From Anaeromyxobacteraceae bacterium (GTDB lineage: Bacteria > Myxococcota > Myxococcia > Myxococcales > Anaeromyxobacteraceae), in the NCBI GenBank assembly GCA_032654565.1, contig JAULAX010000015.1, positions 640,001-704,000 of the forward strand: DNA of 64,000 nucleotides, written 5' to 3'. How positions within the stretch are numbered: position 1 is the first letter of the stretch; each line of letters opens with the position of its first letter. The notes under the pieces are model-generated. The model made no database searches. It had not been told where the DNA came from and saw nothing but the letters and a program-made list of their open reading frames with translations. The position numbers were made by a program, and so were the translations under genes. Of this stretch, positions 30,914-41,323 are shown in pieces.

Positions 30914-32365
30914 ATGGCCGACGTCGCCGCCTACCTGGTCCGGACCGGAACGCTGACGCCCCAGGGGGCGTCGCAGGCGCTGGCCGCCACCCACGACGGC
31001 GACCTGCCCTCGGCGGCGCTGCGGCTCGGGCTGGCCACCGAGGGGGCGCTGGTGCGGGCGCTGGTCGAGCTCCTCGGCTGCCCCGGGGTCGACCTCTCGC
31101 GCAGCGTCATCCCGGTCGCCAACCTGGCGGTGGTGTCGCAGGGCTTCTGCCGGCAGCGGCGGGTGCTGCCGGTGTCGGTGGGCCGGTCGGAGCTGGTGCT
31201 GGCCATGGCCGACCCCGAGGACGTCACCCTGGCCGACGAGCTGCGCTTTGCCACCGGCCGCAAGGTGCTCCGCTACGCCGCGGTGCCGGCCGCCATCGAG
31301 CGGGCCCTCGACGGCCTGGTGCGCGAGAAGCAGCGCTTCGCCCCCAGCTGGCGCGGGCCGCAGGCGCCGGCGCTCCCCGACCCCAACGCCGCCTGGGTGG
31401 GGGTGGTCCACGCCGCCCGCAAGGTGGAGGTGCCGGAGCTGCCCGAGGCGGGCGAGATCGTGCTCGTCCCCATCTCCGAGGCCCTGGAGACGCCCTTCGA
31501 GGCGCCGTCGCCGGCGCGGCTGACCCGCCCCGCCGAGCTGCAGCCGGACCGGACCCCGTCGACGAGCGGGCCGGCCACGGTGCGGCTGGAGGGGGCCGGG
31601 GCCGGGAAGCTGGTGCTGGTGGCCGATCCCAGCGCCGAGGTCCGCGAGGAGGTGGCCGAGCTGCTCGGCAAGCTGGGCTGCACGGTGCTGCAGGCCGCCA
31701 ACGGCCGGGCCACGCTCGACATCACCCGCGAGGCCCGCCCCGACCTGGTGGTGATGGAGGCCATGCTGCCCATGCTGCAGGGGTTCGACGTCTGCCGCGC
31801 CATCAAGGGCGACCCGGTGCTGCGCCCCACCCAGGTGGTGCTCACCAGCGCCGTCCACCGCGGCACCGCGGCGGCCGACGCCCAGCAGGCCTTCGGCGCC
31901 GACGCCTTCCTGGAGAAGCCGCTGCGCCGCGAGGAGGTCACCCGCGTGGCCAAGGTGCTGCTGCTCGGCCCGGCTGGAGACCCGGCCGACGCGGCCAGGC
32001 GGGCCGAGGCGGTGGTGGCCTGGCGGGCCGGGGCCAAGGCGCTGCGCGAGGGGAAGGTGGACGAGGCCACCGCCCTGCTGCGCGACGCCTGCGCCCGCGA
32101 CGAGCTCTCCGCCGAGGCCCACTACGCCCTCGGCCACGCCCTGGCGCGGCAGGGGCTGCTCTTCGAGGCGGCCGCCGCCTACTCGCGCTCCGCCGAGCTG
32201 CGCCCCGACGTCGACGCCGCCCACCAGTACCTGGCCCAGACCTGGGAGCAGCTCGGCTTCAAGAAGAGCGCCCGCGAGGCCTGGGCCCGCGCCCTGGAGA
32301 CCTGCACCGACGAGACGCGCAAGAAGGCCATCCAGGCGCGGCTGCTCAAGCTGCTGGGGCTGTAG
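30914..32365 (+). CDS. GspE-N/MshEN-like + atypical receiver + TPR protein
   Basis: LVLAMADP (T2SSE_N), RPDLVVMEAMLP...FLEKP receiver fold, C-terminal TPR helices. Confidence 0.8.
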   Translation: MADVAAYLVRTGTLTPQGASQALAATHDGDLPSAALRLGLATEGALVRALVELLGCPGVDLSRSVIPVANLAVVSQGFCRQRRVLPVSVGRSELVLAMADPEDVTLADELRFATGRKVLRYAAVPAAIERALDGLVREKQRFAPSWRGPQAPALPDPNAAWVGVVHAARKVEVPELPEAGEIVLVPISEALETPFEAPSPARLTRPAELQPDRTPSTSGPATVRLEGAGAGKLVLVADPSAEVREEVAELLGKLGCTVLQAANGRATLDITREARPDLVVMEAMLPMLQGFDVCRAIKGDPVLRPTQVVLTSAVHRGTAAADAQQAFGADAFLEKPLRREEVTRVAKVLLLGPAGDPADAARRAEAVVAWRAGAKALREGKVDEATALLRDACARDELSAEAHYALGHALARQGLLFEAAAAYSRSAELRPDVDAAHQYLAQTWEQLGFKKSAREAWARALETCTDETRKKAIQARLLKLLGL

Positions 32366-32412
32366 GCGCCGCCACCCTTGACCGGCGCCGGCATCGCGGA
32401 CAGAACAGCGCC

Positions 32413-34380
<1,968 letters not shown>

Positions 34381-34389
34381 AGTCGGCGC

Positions 34390-35508
34390 GTGGCGTTCCG
34401 GATCGGGCTGCACGGAAAGATCGTCGGGCTGGTGGGCGGGGCGCTGGCGGCGCTGGCGTTGCTGCTGCTGGCGGCGCACGCCTGGCTGCCGCCCCGGGCC
34501 CAGGGTGGCGTGGCGCTGCTGGCCGTCGCCGCCGGCCTGGCGGCGACCTGGCTCCTGGCCCGGGGGCTGGTGGCGCCGCTGACCCTGCAGGCCGAGGCCG
34601 CCGCCCTGCTCCGCATGCGGGAGGCGCTGGCGGCGTCGCAGGCCGAGGTCCGGGCCGCCGCCGAGGAGGTGGCCCGCGAGGCCCGCGCCATCCGCGTGGC
34701 GGTGGAGCGCCAGGCGGCCATGGGGCTGGACCAGGCCTCGGCGGTGCAGGAGACCGGGGTGGCGGTGACGGCGGTGGCCCGCGCCTCCGAGACCGTGACC
34801 TCCCACGCCGAGCAGGTGGCGGCGGCCAGCCAGCGCACCGACGCCCTCTCCGCCGAGGGGACGCGCGCCGTCGCCGAGGCCATCGAGGGGATGACCCGGC
34901 TGGGCGAGCAGGTGGACGCCATCGCCCGGGCGGTGGCGGCGCTCACCGGCGGCAGCGTCCGCATCGGCGAGATCACCCAGACCGCCATCGACGTGGCCGA
35001 CCAGTCCAACGTGCTGGCGCTCAACGCCTCCATCGAGGCGGCCAAGGCCGGCGAGGCGGCCCAGGGCTTCTCGGTGGTGGCGGCCGAGATGCGGCGGCTG
35101 GCGGAGCAGTCGCGCAGCGCCGCCGCCCAGGTCCGGGGGGTGCTGGCCGAGATCGCCCGGGCCACCCGCCAGGCGGTCCACGCCACCGCCGAGGGGAGCC
35201 GCCGGGCCCGGGAGGCGACCGGACTGGCGCTGCGGGCCGGCCAGGTGATCGACGGGCTGGGGCAGGTGGTGCGCGAGTCGGGCGAGTCGGGGCGGGCCAT
35301 CGCCGTGCAGACCCGGCAGCAGACCGGCGACGTGCAGCAGATGGTCACCGCGCTGGGGGCCATCGAGGGGGCCAGCGCCAACACCCTGGAGGGCACCTTC
35401 GCCATCGAGCAGGGGGCGCGGCGCCTCGAGGCCCTGGCGGCCCGCCTCGCCGACCGGGTCGGCGCCGCCACCGGCGCCGGCACCGGCAGCGGCGGGGCCC
35501 GGCCGTGA
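34390..35508 (+). CDS. methyl-accepting chemotaxis protein lacking a periplasmic sensor domain
   Basis: Two adjacent TMs, then [37 protein letters not shown] hairpin tip. Confidence 0.85.
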   Translation: MAFRIGLHGKIVGLVGGALAALALLLLAAHAWLPPRAQGGVALLAVAAGLAATWLLARGLVAPLTLQAEAAALLRMREALAASQAEVRAAAEEVAREARAIRVAVERQAAMGLDQASAVQETGVAVTAVARASETVTSHAEQVAAASQRTDALSAEGTRAVAEAIEGMTRLGEQVDAIARAVAALTGGSVRIGEITQTAIDVADQSNVLALNASIEAAKAGEAAQGFSVVAAEMRRLAEQSRSAAAQVRGVLAEIARATRQAVHATAEGSRRAREATGLALRAGQVIDGLGQVVRESGESGRAIAVQTRQQTGDVQQMVTALGAIEGASANTLEGTFAIEQGARRLEALAARLADRVGAATGAGTGSGGARP

Positions 35509-36302
35509 GCCGGACGCTGCGGGCCCTGCCCACCATGCTCCGCATCGGCCTGGCCGAGGCGGTGGCCTACCGGGCCGAGCTGCTGGTCTGGTTGCTGGCC
35601 ACCAACATGCCGCTGGTGATGCTGGCGCTCTGGAGCGCGGTGGCCCGCGAGGCGCCGGTGGGGCGCTTCCAGCAGCAGGACTTCGTCGCCTACTACCTGG
35701 CGGCGCTGGTGGTGCGGCTGCTCACCGGCGCCTGGGTGGTCTGGGAGCTGACCTTCGAGATCCGCCAGGGGACGCTGGCCTACCGGCTGCTGCGCCCCAT
35801 CCACCCGCTGCTGGCCTACGCCGCCGAGAACATCGCCGCCATGCCGCTGCGGGTGGCGCTCTCGCTGCCGGTGGCGCTGGTGGGGCTCTGGCTCACCGCC
35901 GGCGAGAAGGTCACCCACGACCCGCTGCGGCTGCTGCTCTTCCCGGTGGCGGTGCTGGGGGCCTGGCTGATCACCTTCCTGGCCATGGCGGTGGTGGGCA
36001 CGCTGGCCTTCCGCGTCGACTCGGCCACCAGCCTCTTCGAGATCTGGATGGGGCTCTACGCGCTGCTCTCCGGCTACCTGGTGCCGCTCGAGCTCTTCCC
36101 CCCCTGGGTCGCGGCGCTGGCCCGCTGGCTCCCCTTCCGCTCCATGCTCGGCTTCCCGGTCGAGCTGGTGACCGGGTTGCTGAGCCGGCAGCAGGCGCTG
36201 CTGGAGCTGGGCATCCAGTGGGGCTGGATCGCCGGGCTGCTGCTGCTGGTGCGGACCTCGTGGCGCTCCGGCCTGCGCCGCTTCGCCGCCTTCGGAGGCT
36301 GA
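35505..36302 (+). CDS. ABC-2 family (DUF990-type) permease
   Basis: GTG 35505 overlapping the MCP stop; [14 protein letters not shown] and [12 protein letters not shown] motifs. Confidence 0.85.
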   Translation: MSRTLRALPTMLRIGLAEAVAYRAELLVWLLATNMPLVMLALWSAVAREAPVGRFQQQDFVAYYLAALVVRLLTGAWVVWELTFEIRQGTLAYRLLRPIHPLLAYAAENIAAMPLRVALSLPVALVGLWLTAGEKVTHDPLRLLLFPVAVLGAWLITFLAMAVVGTLAFRVDSATSLFEIWMGLYALLSGYLVPLELFPPWVAALARWLPFRSMLGFPVELVTGLLSRQQALLELGIQWGWIAGLLLLVRTSWRSGLRRFAAFGG

Positions 36303-36304
36303 CC

Positions 36305-37093
36305 GTGACCCGCTACCTCCGCCTGCTGGCCGTGCAGCTCCGCGCCTCGACGGCGCTGGCGCTCCAGTACCGGCTGGAGTTCCTCGGGCAGGGGGCGCTG
36401 GCGCTGCTCTGGACCAGCTGGTCGCTGGTGCCGCTGCTGGTGGTCTTCGCCGACCGGCCCGGGGTGGCCGGCTGGAGCTTCGAGGAGGCGCTGGTGGTGA
36501 TGGGCTGGTTCACCTTGATGAAGGGGGTGCTGGAGGGGGCGGTCAACCCCTCGCTGGCCAGCGTGGTCGAGCACATCCGCAAGGGGACGCTCGACTTCGT
36601 GCTGCTCAAGCCCGCCGACGCCCAGTTCCTGGTCAGCACCGCCCGCTTCATGCCCTGGCGGATCGTCGACGTGCTGGCCGGGCTGGGCATCTTCGCCGTG
36701 GCCTTCCACCGCATGGGGCGCTGGCCCTCGGCCGGGGCGGTGGCGGCGGCTGCGGCGCTGCTGGCCTGCGCCACCCTGGTGCTCTACTCGCTCTGGATCC
36801 TGGTGATCTCGGCCGCCTTCTACCTGGTCAAGATCGACAACCTCTCCTACCTCTTCTCCTCGATCTACGACGCCGCCCGCTGGCCGGTGGACGTCTTCCG
36901 CGGCTTCCTGCGGGTGCTCTTCACCTTCGTCATCCCCCTGGCGCTGCTCACCAGCTACCCGGCGCTGGCGCTGCTCGGCAAGCTCGACGCGGCGGTGGCG
37001 GCGCAGGCGCTGGGCGGCTCGCTGGCCTTCGCGGTGGCGGCGCGGCTGGTCTGGACCCGCGCCATCCGCCGCTATACGTCCGCGTCCAGTTGA
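36305..37093 (+). CDS. ABC-2 family (DUF990-type) permease
   Basis: IRKGTLDFVLLKPADAQF motif, C-terminal YTSASS. Confidence 0.85.
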   Translation: MTRYLRLLAVQLRASTALALQYRLEFLGQGALALLWTSWSLVPLLVVFADRPGVAGWSFEEALVVMGWFTLMKGVLEGAVNPSLASVVEHIRKGTLDFVLLKPADAQFLVSTARFMPWRIVDVLAGLGIFAVAFHRMGRWPSAGAVAAAAALLACATLVLYSLWILVISAAFYLVKIDNLSYLFSSIYDAARWPVDVFRGFLRVLFTFVIPLALLTSYPALALLGKLDAAVAAQALGGSLAFAVAARLVWTRAIRRYTSASS

Positions 37094-37186
37094 TCGCGCG
37101 GCCTTCAGGCCGCGCAACCCGAAAGCACCAGCAGCGCGATCGCCGTGGCGCCACATCGCAGGGCGCCTCGCGCCGGGCCGGCTCAC

Positions 37187-37291
37187 GACGCAGGGCGCCT
37201 CCAGGCGGGCCACCGCCGGCCGGGGCCTCGTCGCGGCCACGTGACGCAGGGCGCCTCCCGGCGGGCCACCGCCGGCCGGGGCCTCGTCGCG
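37187..37291. repeat. tandem 49-bp direct repeat (56-bp period) in intergenic DNA
   Basis: 37187-37235 vs 37243-37291 with one mismatch; partial third copy at 37157-37169. Confidence 0.85.
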
Positions 37292-37422
37292 CCTGCGGCG
37301 CGCCCGCTCGCCAGCGGCCGGTCCGATCCGGCGATCGATGAAGGGGCTGCGCGGCTCGGCCCCGTACCGGCGGCGGCCCCGCCGTGAGGCTGCTCGGGGT
37401 CGGGCTCGTCTGGCCGGGTTCG

Positions 37423-37872
37423 TCAGGAGATCGTGACCTTGAACAGTTGCCTCTCGACCAGATCCAGCGCCGCGCACAGGTCGTCGCGGGTGAGCCGGGC
37501 CCCGGTGGCCCGCTCCTTGAGCCAGAGGCAGCGCTCGGTGATCACCTTCACCAGCAGCTGCCCGGCGCTCCGCTCCTCGGGGGTGGTCCACCAGCCGTCG
37601 GCCTCGCCCTGCAGGCGGCGATCGATCTCCTCCCACTGCCGCCGCAGGTCGAGCCGGGCCAGGGTGAGCGCGTAGCGGAGCACCAGCGGGCCGGGCGGCC
37701 GGGCCGCGCCCGCCTGCCAGCGGAGCCGCAGCGCCTCGGTCTCCCACTCCAGGTCGGCGGGGGGCCAGGCGGCCAGCTCCGCGGCCAGCTCGGCGGCGAA
37801 GCGCTCCAGCAGGTACTGCTTGATGGGCTGCTTCTGGCGCTCGTACAGCCAGTCGTAGCGCTTGTCTCGCAT
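37423..37872 (-). CDS. hypothetical protein
   Basis: 149-aa ORF with GC3 bias, co-oriented with upstream genes. Confidence 0.7.
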   Translation of the reverse strand: MRDKRYDWLYERQKQPIKQYLLERFAAELAAELAAWPPADLEWETEALRLRWQAGAARPPGPLVLRYALTLARLDLRRQWEEIDRRLQGEADGWWTTPEERSAGQLLVKVITERCLWLKERATGARLTRDDLCAALDLVERQLFKVTIS

Positions 37873-37905
37873 GGGCCGGGGCTCGTGAAGGGGGCGCCGG
37901 GGAAC

Positions 37906-38682
37906 CTAGCCGGTCCGCCCGCCGGCCACCACGCCGAAGGGGCGCTGGGGCTGGGCGTCGAGCGACCGCAGCTCCCGGCGCAGCGCCGTGTAGGCGCGCG
38001 GCCGGGTCAGGAACTCGAAGTGGAAGCAGGCGACCTCGACGTTGCGCCACTGCGGCTGGTCGCGGGTGTCGAGCACCGCGGTGGGCCAGGGGGCCAGGGT
38101 GTCGCCGCGCGACCAGATCGAGGTCAGCCGCACCTGCGGCGGCCAGCGCCCCTCGTGCAGCCGGCGCAGGAAGGAGGAGCCGGGCAGGAGCTGGAGCAGC
38201 GACGGGGCCAGCAGCGCCACCGGCAGCCCCAGCCAGGCCATGGGGGTGCCGTGGAAGGGGGTGCCCAGCATCACCACCGCCCGGGCGCGCCGCCAGCCGC
38301 CCAGCTTCTTCACGTAGTAGGTGGCCACCAGCCCGCCCTTGGAGTGGCCGATGATGGTGAGCGGCCCCAGGCCGGGGTGGCGGGCGTAGAGCCGCTCCAC
38401 CTTGGCCCGCACGTAGTCGGCCAGGTCGTCGATGCCGCGGGTGTTGTAGGCCCGCTTCAGGCCGCCCAGGCTGAGCGAGAAGACCCCGTAGCCGTCGCGC
38501 CGCAGCCGCGCCTCGAGCACGTCGAGGGTGCGGCGGGTGGAGAAGAAGCCGTGGAGCAGCAGGACCGGCCGGGCGTGGCCGTCGAGGTCGGTGCGCCGCT
38601 CCACCCGGTTGAGCAGGGCGGCGTCGGTCAGCTCGGCGATGGAGCGTCGCGCCTCGCGCACCAGCCGGTGGAACAGCCGCAT
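37906..38682 (-). CDS. alpha/beta hydrolase (lipase/esterase)
   Basis: PVLLLHGF, GHSKGG nucleophile elbow and LGTPFHG; start ATG 38682. Confidence 0.85.
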   Translation of the reverse strand: MRLFHRLVREARRSIAELTDAALLNRVERRTDLDGHARPVLLLHGFFSTRRTLDVLEARLRRDGYGVFSLSLGGLKRAYNTRGIDDLADYVRAKVERLYARHPGLGPLTIIGHSKGGLVATYYVKKLGGWRRARAVVMLGTPFHGTPMAWLGLPVALLAPSLLQLLPGSSFLRRLHEGRWPPQVRLTSIWSRGDTLAPWPTAVLDTRDQPQWRNVEVACFHFEFLTRPRAYTALRRELRSLDAQPQRPFGVVAGGRTG

Positions 38683-38708
38683 CGCCCCCGCCCCCTCTCC
38701 CTCGGGGC

Positions 38709-39299
38709 TCAGTCTAGCCGGGCCCGGCGCGGGGTCCAGCGCACGGTGAAGCGCGCCCCACCAGGCCACGGGTCGTAGATGACCTCGCCGACCACCCCGC
38801 AGAGGTCGAAGAAGGCCTCCAGCGAGCCGGCCATGCTGTCGAGGTAGGAGGGGAGGTTGAGCTCGGGGGGCAGGTTCTCCAGCCGCAGGTCGGCCTGCCG
38901 GTCGTCGGCCGACTCCAGCCGCAGGTCGCCGCAGTCCCGGCAGATGCGGCCGTAGCCGCGCCCGGCCCACTTGAGCAGGTCGCCCGGCGTGTCGCCGAGC
39001 AGGGCCATCGCCGAGCGGACCAGGCCACCCAGCAGGTTGCCGTTGAGGGTGCGCCGCAGCCCCTCGCGGGAGACCTGGCGGGCGCCGAGCGGGCCGACCA
39101 CGTCGCGGATGGCCGCGGTCACCTCCAGGTCGACCATCACCGGCAGGTAGTCGAGCCGGAAGGCGGCCTCGATGGCCTGCCGCACCAGCGGCGAGAGCCG
39201 CTCCAGGACCCGCGGCTCGGCGGCGGGGAAGAGCTCGGCCAGCACCTCCAGCGAGGCGCGGGTGTGACGGGCCTGGATCTCCGGGAAGCCGCTCTCCAC
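38709..39299 (-). CDS. hypothetical protein (possibly V4R/H-NOX-like fold)
   Basis: GTG 39299; C-terminal GGARFTVRW; fold assignment is inference. Confidence 0.6.
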   Translation of the reverse strand: MESGFPEIQARHTRASLEVLAELFPAAEPRVLERLSPLVRQAIEAAFRLDYLPVMVDLEVTAAIRDVVGPLGARQVSREGLRRTLNGNLLGGLVRSAMALLGDTPGDLLKWAGRGYGRICRDCGDLRLESADDRQADLRLENLPPELNLPSYLDSMAGSLEAFFDLCGVVGEVIYDPWPGGARFTVRWTPRRARLD

Positions 39300-39459
39300 G
39301 GGGGCCACTATAGACCCGGGGCCCGGGCCGGCGAGCCGGCAGATTGGGTCGCCCGGGGAGTTGAGTCGATGTAGGCAGCAGTGCGCCGCGGCTGCTGACA
39401 GCGGGCGCGGCGCGGGGGACAATCGCGGCGACCCGGGGTGTCCGGGAGGAGCGGCACGA

Positions 39460-40278
39460 ATGGACGATCACGAACTCGAGAAGGCGGCCGGGCTCAAGCC
39501 GGCCCGCGCCGGCTTCGGCGGCGGCGACTGGGCCATGGTGCTGGTGGCCGTGGCCGTGATCGCCGGCGGGGGCTGGTGGTGGCTGAACCGCGGGGCGGTG
39601 GCGTCGGCCCCGCCGCCCATGGTCGCGACGGTCGCGGCGCCGGCGCCGCCGGCGGCGGCCGCCGAGCCGGTCAAGCCGGTGGCCGCCGACCGGCTGCGCG
39701 AGCTGCTCGAGTCGATCTCGGTCAGCGCCGCCTACCGGGCCTGGCTGGCGCCGGGCGGCGCGGTGGAGCGCTGGGCGGTGGTGACCGACAACCTGGCCGA
39801 GGGGGTCTCGCCGCGGGCCCGGCTCCCCTTCCTGGCGCCCACGGCCGCGTTCAAGGCCACGCGCAAGGGTGACCAGCTGGTGATCGCGGCGGCCTCCTAC
39901 GCCCGCTACGACCTCTTCGCCGACGCCGTCGGCTCGGTCGACGTGGCCGCGGCGGTGCACGCCTACCGCGAGCTGCACGGGGTGCTGGAGGCGGCCTACC
40001 GCGCCATCGGCTACCCGGAGGGCTCGCTCGACCGGGTCACCGCGGCGGCGCTGCGGCGGCTGGCGGCGGCGCCGGCCCGCGACGGCGACGTGGTCGTCGA
40101 GGCGGGCGGCCCCGGCCCCGGCGCGCTCTACTTCTTCGTGGCCCCGGAGCTGGAGCGGCTCGGTCCGGTCGAGAAGCACCTGCTGCGGATGGGGCCGCGC
40201 AACACCCGCATCATCCAGGCCAAGGCCCGCCAGCTGGAGCGGGCGCTCGGCTTCACCGCGGCCCCGGGCGACAAGTAG
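39460..40278 (+). CDS. DUF3014-family membrane-anchored protein
   Basis: TM and Pro-rich linker, ASYARYD, PELERLGPVEKHLLRMGPRN. Confidence 0.8.
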   Translation: MDDHELEKAAGLKPARAGFGGGDWAMVLVAVAVIAGGGWWWLNRGAVASAPPPMVATVAAPAPPAAAAEPVKPVAADRLRELLESISVSAAYRAWLAPGGAVERWAVVTDNLAEGVSPRARLPFLAPTAAFKATRKGDQLVIAAASYARYDLFADAVGSVDVAAAVHAYRELHGVLEAAYRAIGYPEGSLDRVTAAALRRLAAAPARDGDVVVEAGGPGPGALYFFVAPELERLGPVEKHLLRMGPRNTRIIQAKARQLERALGFTAAPGDK

Positions 40279-40312
40279 CCGGCGCCGCCAGCCACACACA
40301 CGGAGCGTCACC

Positions 40313-40594
40313 ATGCTGAAGCACAACAGCTACTTCGAGGGGAAGGTGCAGAGCGTCGGCTTCGAGCGCCACGGCCGCAAGGCCACGGTGGGCGTGGTGG
40401 CCGCCGGCGAGTTCCACTTCGGCACCGGGGCGCCGGAGCGGATGACGGTGGTCTCCGGGGAGCTTCAGGCGAAGCTGCCGGGGGAGGCCGGCTGGCGGAC
40501 CTTCCCGGCCGGGACCACCTTCGAGGTCCCGGGGCAGAGCGGCTTCGACGTCAAGGCGGCGGCCCCGGCCGCCTACCTCTGCGAGTTCCTCTAG
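40313..40594 (+). CDS. ppnP: pyrimidine/purine nucleoside phosphorylase (DUF1255)
   Basis: NSYFEGKVQS, TGAPERMTVVSG and YLCEF motifs. Confidence 0.9.
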   Translation: MLKHNSYFEGKVQSVGFERHGRKATVGVVAAGEFHFGTGAPERMTVVSGELQAKLPGEAGWRTFPAGTTFEVPGQSGFDVKAAAPAAYLCEFL

Positions 40595-40605
40595 GTGGGG
40601 GACAC

Positions 40606-41307
40606 GTGCTGACGCTGCGCCGCGCCGCCGACCGCGGTCACTTCGACCACGGCTGGCTCGACACCTTCCACACCTTCTCCTTCGCCGGCTACCAGGACCA
40701 GGCGCACATGGGCTTCCGCGCCCTGCGGGTCATCAACGAGGACCGGGTCCGGGCCGGGGAGGGGTTCGGCACCCACCCCCACCGCGACATGGAGATCCTC
40801 ACCTGGGTGCTGGACGGGGCCCTGGCCCACCGCGACTCGACCGGCGCCGAGGGGGTGCTGCGCCACGGCGACGTGCAGCGGATGAGCGCCGGCACCGGCG
40901 TGACCCACAGCGAGTTCAACGGCTCGGCGGAGGAGCCGGTCCACTTCTTCCAGGTCTGGATCCTGCCCGACCGGGCCGGCCACCCGCCCAGCTACGAGCA
41001 GCGCGCCTTCCCGCCGGCGGGGCTGCGCGGCGGCCTGCGGCTGGTCGCGTCGCCGGACGGCGCCGAGGGCTCCACGGTGATCCACCAGGACGCCCGCGCC
41101 TACGCCACCATCCTCGCCGCCGGCCAGGCGGTGCGCTTGCCGCTCCTCCCCGGTCGCCACGCCTGGGCCCAGGTGGCGCGCGGCGCCGGGACGGTCAACG
41201 GCGTGGCGGTGAAGGCCGGCGACGGCGTGGCCCTTTCCGGCGAGGCGGCGGTGGAGCTCACGGCGACCGGCGGCGAGGCCGAGTTCCTGCTCTTCGACCT
41301 GGCCTGA
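40606..41307 (+). CDS. pirin family protein (YhhW-like)
   Basis: HTFSFA, LRVINED, HPHRDMEI and HSEFN motifs. Confidence 0.93.
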   Translation: MLTLRRAADRGHFDHGWLDTFHTFSFAGYQDQAHMGFRALRVINEDRVRAGEGFGTHPHRDMEILTWVLDGALAHRDSTGAEGVLRHGDVQRMSAGTGVTHSEFNGSAEEPVHFFQVWILPDRAGHPPSYEQRAFPPAGLRGGLRLVASPDGAEGSTVIHQDARAYATILAAGQAVRLPLLPGRHAWAQVARGAGTVNGVAVKAGDGVALSGEAAVELTATGGEAEFLLFDLA

Positions 41308-41323
41308 GGGCGGCCCGGGCGCG

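Noticed and set aside
37157..37291. CRISPR array
   Set aside because: Only two full repeats separated by 7 nt, no unique spacers, and no cas genes
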